A stretch of DNA of 64,000 nucleotides, from contig NZ_DASPIS010000032.1 of assembly GCF_035628975.1 (NCBI RefSeq), forward strand, positions 12,987 through 76,986, written 5' to 3'. Both the position numbers and the translations under genes were made by a program. Source of the stretch: Azospirillum sp. (GTDB taxonomy: Bacteria; Pseudomonadota; Alphaproteobacteria; Azospirillales; Azospirillaceae). The notes beneath the pieces are model-generated. The model did not search any database. It saw only the letters and a list, made by a program, of their open reading frames with translations, and had not been told where the DNA came from. This document shows, one piece after another, positions 62,903 to 64,000 of the stretch. Positions within the stretch are counted from its first letter, which is position 1, and each line of letters opens with the position of its first letter.

Positions 62903-63520
62903 CTACCGCTTCACCTGCGCCACCTTCAGCAGGGAGAAGGCGCCCATCTGGTCGATGTATTGCTGATAGAAGAAGCGCCATTTCTTGCCGTTGCGCACGC
63001 CCACCAGCGTGACCTTCACCGCATCGGTGCCCGGCACGTTCATGTATTGCGACTTGTGCAGGGTGGTAGCGTGCATGCGCATGCCCTGGCGCAGCCCTGC
63101 CTCGTCGATGCGTCCCTGGGCGGTCTGCAGATTGCCGTGCGAGGCGGAGAAGGTGCCACCGCCATGGTCGCTGAAACCGAAGGAGCAGCCGTCCATCGTC
63201 GGCGTGAACATCACGTCGGCCTCGTCCTCCAGCACGACAAGATGCTTGAAATCCTGGTCATAGGGCAGCCAGTAGGCTTTCCAGCTTTCCGGGTCGTTGC
63301 CCTGGTCGCATCGCACCGACCAGACGGCGGCGTTCTTGGTCTTGAACTGGGAAATGACGCCGGTGCCCTTGCGCGTGCAGGTCATGCCGTCGTTGTCGAG
63401 CGTGAAGCTCTTGACGCCGCCGACGCGGTAGTTGGGCTGGTAGGATTGATACTGGATCCAGATCAGGTTGTTCTTGAGGAAGCTTTCCGGATTCGCGACC
63501 AGATCGGCGATGTTCGGCAT
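62903..63520 (-). CDS. Hypothetical protein with CNF1/CheD-like Cys-His motif
   Basis: FTPTMDGCSFG...ASHGN; natural globular composition. Confidence 0.65.
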   Translation of the reverse strand: MPNIADLVANPESFLKNNLIWIQYQSYQPNYRVGGVKSFTLDNDGMTCTRKGTGVISQFKTKNAAVWSVRCDQGNDPESWKAYWLPYDQDFKHLVVLEDEADVMFTPTMDGCSFGFSDHGGGTFSASHGNLQTAQGRIDEAGLRQGMRMHATTLHKSQYMNVPGTDAVKVTLVGVRNGKKWRFFYQQYIDQMGAFSLLKVAQVKR

Positions 63521-63546
63521 GGGGGGTGTGCTCCTTGCGCGGCGGA

Positions 63547-63987
63547 TCAGACGATGCCGAAGACGGGCCGCTTGAACCCGGCCACGGTCTCGTTGCCGGC
63601 CAGGAACCAGTAGGGCTTCATCACCGCGAACTGCTGGTTGTCGTCGCGCAGCAGCACATAGGCGCAATAGACGGTGCCGTCGTCAGGCCGCAGGAAGGCC
63701 GCGATCCACGGATTCTGCCGGGTGCCGATGTGGGCGGCATGGCCCAGCTTTCGGGTGATGTCGTTGCGATAGCCGACCAGCGTCGCCGCATGCGCCTGAC
63801 GGAAGGGCAGTGCGGCAAGTTCCTGATAATTCTGGAGAATGCGCGGGTTGCCGTCGCCTTCCTCGGCATACCATTGCGCCACTTCCATGTAGTCGTTGGC
63901 CCGCGCATTGGCCCGGTCGTACCGCGCCTGCTTCTGGCGGTCGGTATGGCCGGCGGCGGTCTTCTTCAGAAAGCTGATCAGTCCCAC
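63547..63987 (-). CDS. Hypothetical protein
   Basis: GTG start with RBS ggaggag; 146 aa; 26 bp upstream of the Cys-His gene. Confidence 0.7.
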   Translation of the reverse strand: MGLISFLKKTAAGHTDRQKQARYDRANARANDYMEVAQWYAEEGDGNPRILQNYQELAALPFRQAHAATLVGYRNDITRKLGHAAHIGTRQNPWIAAFLRPDDGTVYCAYVLLRDDNQQFAVMKPYWFLAGNETVAGFKRPVFGIV

Positions 63988-64000
63988 GATACGCTCCTCC

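Noticed and set aside
1-64000. IS elements, integrases, tRNA or rRNA genes
   Set aside because: No transposase/integrase motifs or RNA-gene signatures found; only small non-autonomous palindromic repeats.

Overview
A GC-rich alphaproteobacterial window, probably Rhodospirillales such as Azospirillum (inferred from gene content and intergenic repeat families). No rRNA, tRNA, CRISPR array or transposase was recognised. In order it holds: the end of a Liv-type branched-chain amino-acid ABC operon; a secreted hypothetical protein; a ClC-CBS channel; a sensor-less histidine kinase / double-domain KaiC-like ATPase / response regulator operon; DUF533, DUF1810 and a Tat-exported serine hydrolase; a ~15.5 kb PUFA-synthase-like PKS cluster; a convergent cNMP-binding + CPBP fusion; a LysR regulator; a TIGR02587/TIGR02588 pair; a caa3-type oxidase module; two RND efflux pairs; rpoH, opgC, clpP, folK/folB-like, coxG, cytochrome c2 and pepN; and two orphan genes, one with a CNF1/CheD-like Cys-His deamidase motif. 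The standout is the PKS cluster. It has the myxobacterial pfa1-pfa2-pfa3 layout with the enoyl reductase first. Pfa3 ends in a lysophospholipid acyltransferase (AGPAT-like) domain. Pfa2 has only two ACPs and no terminal DH, while a PKS-type DH sits in Pfa3. Other notable items are a palindromic repeat apparently read in frame inside two proteins, an oxidase subunit I with Gln at the K-channel Lys position, and a mirror-image pair of candidate ECF-type promoters. Start codons were refined by eye from the ORF track. All family calls come from motif recognition, not database searches.
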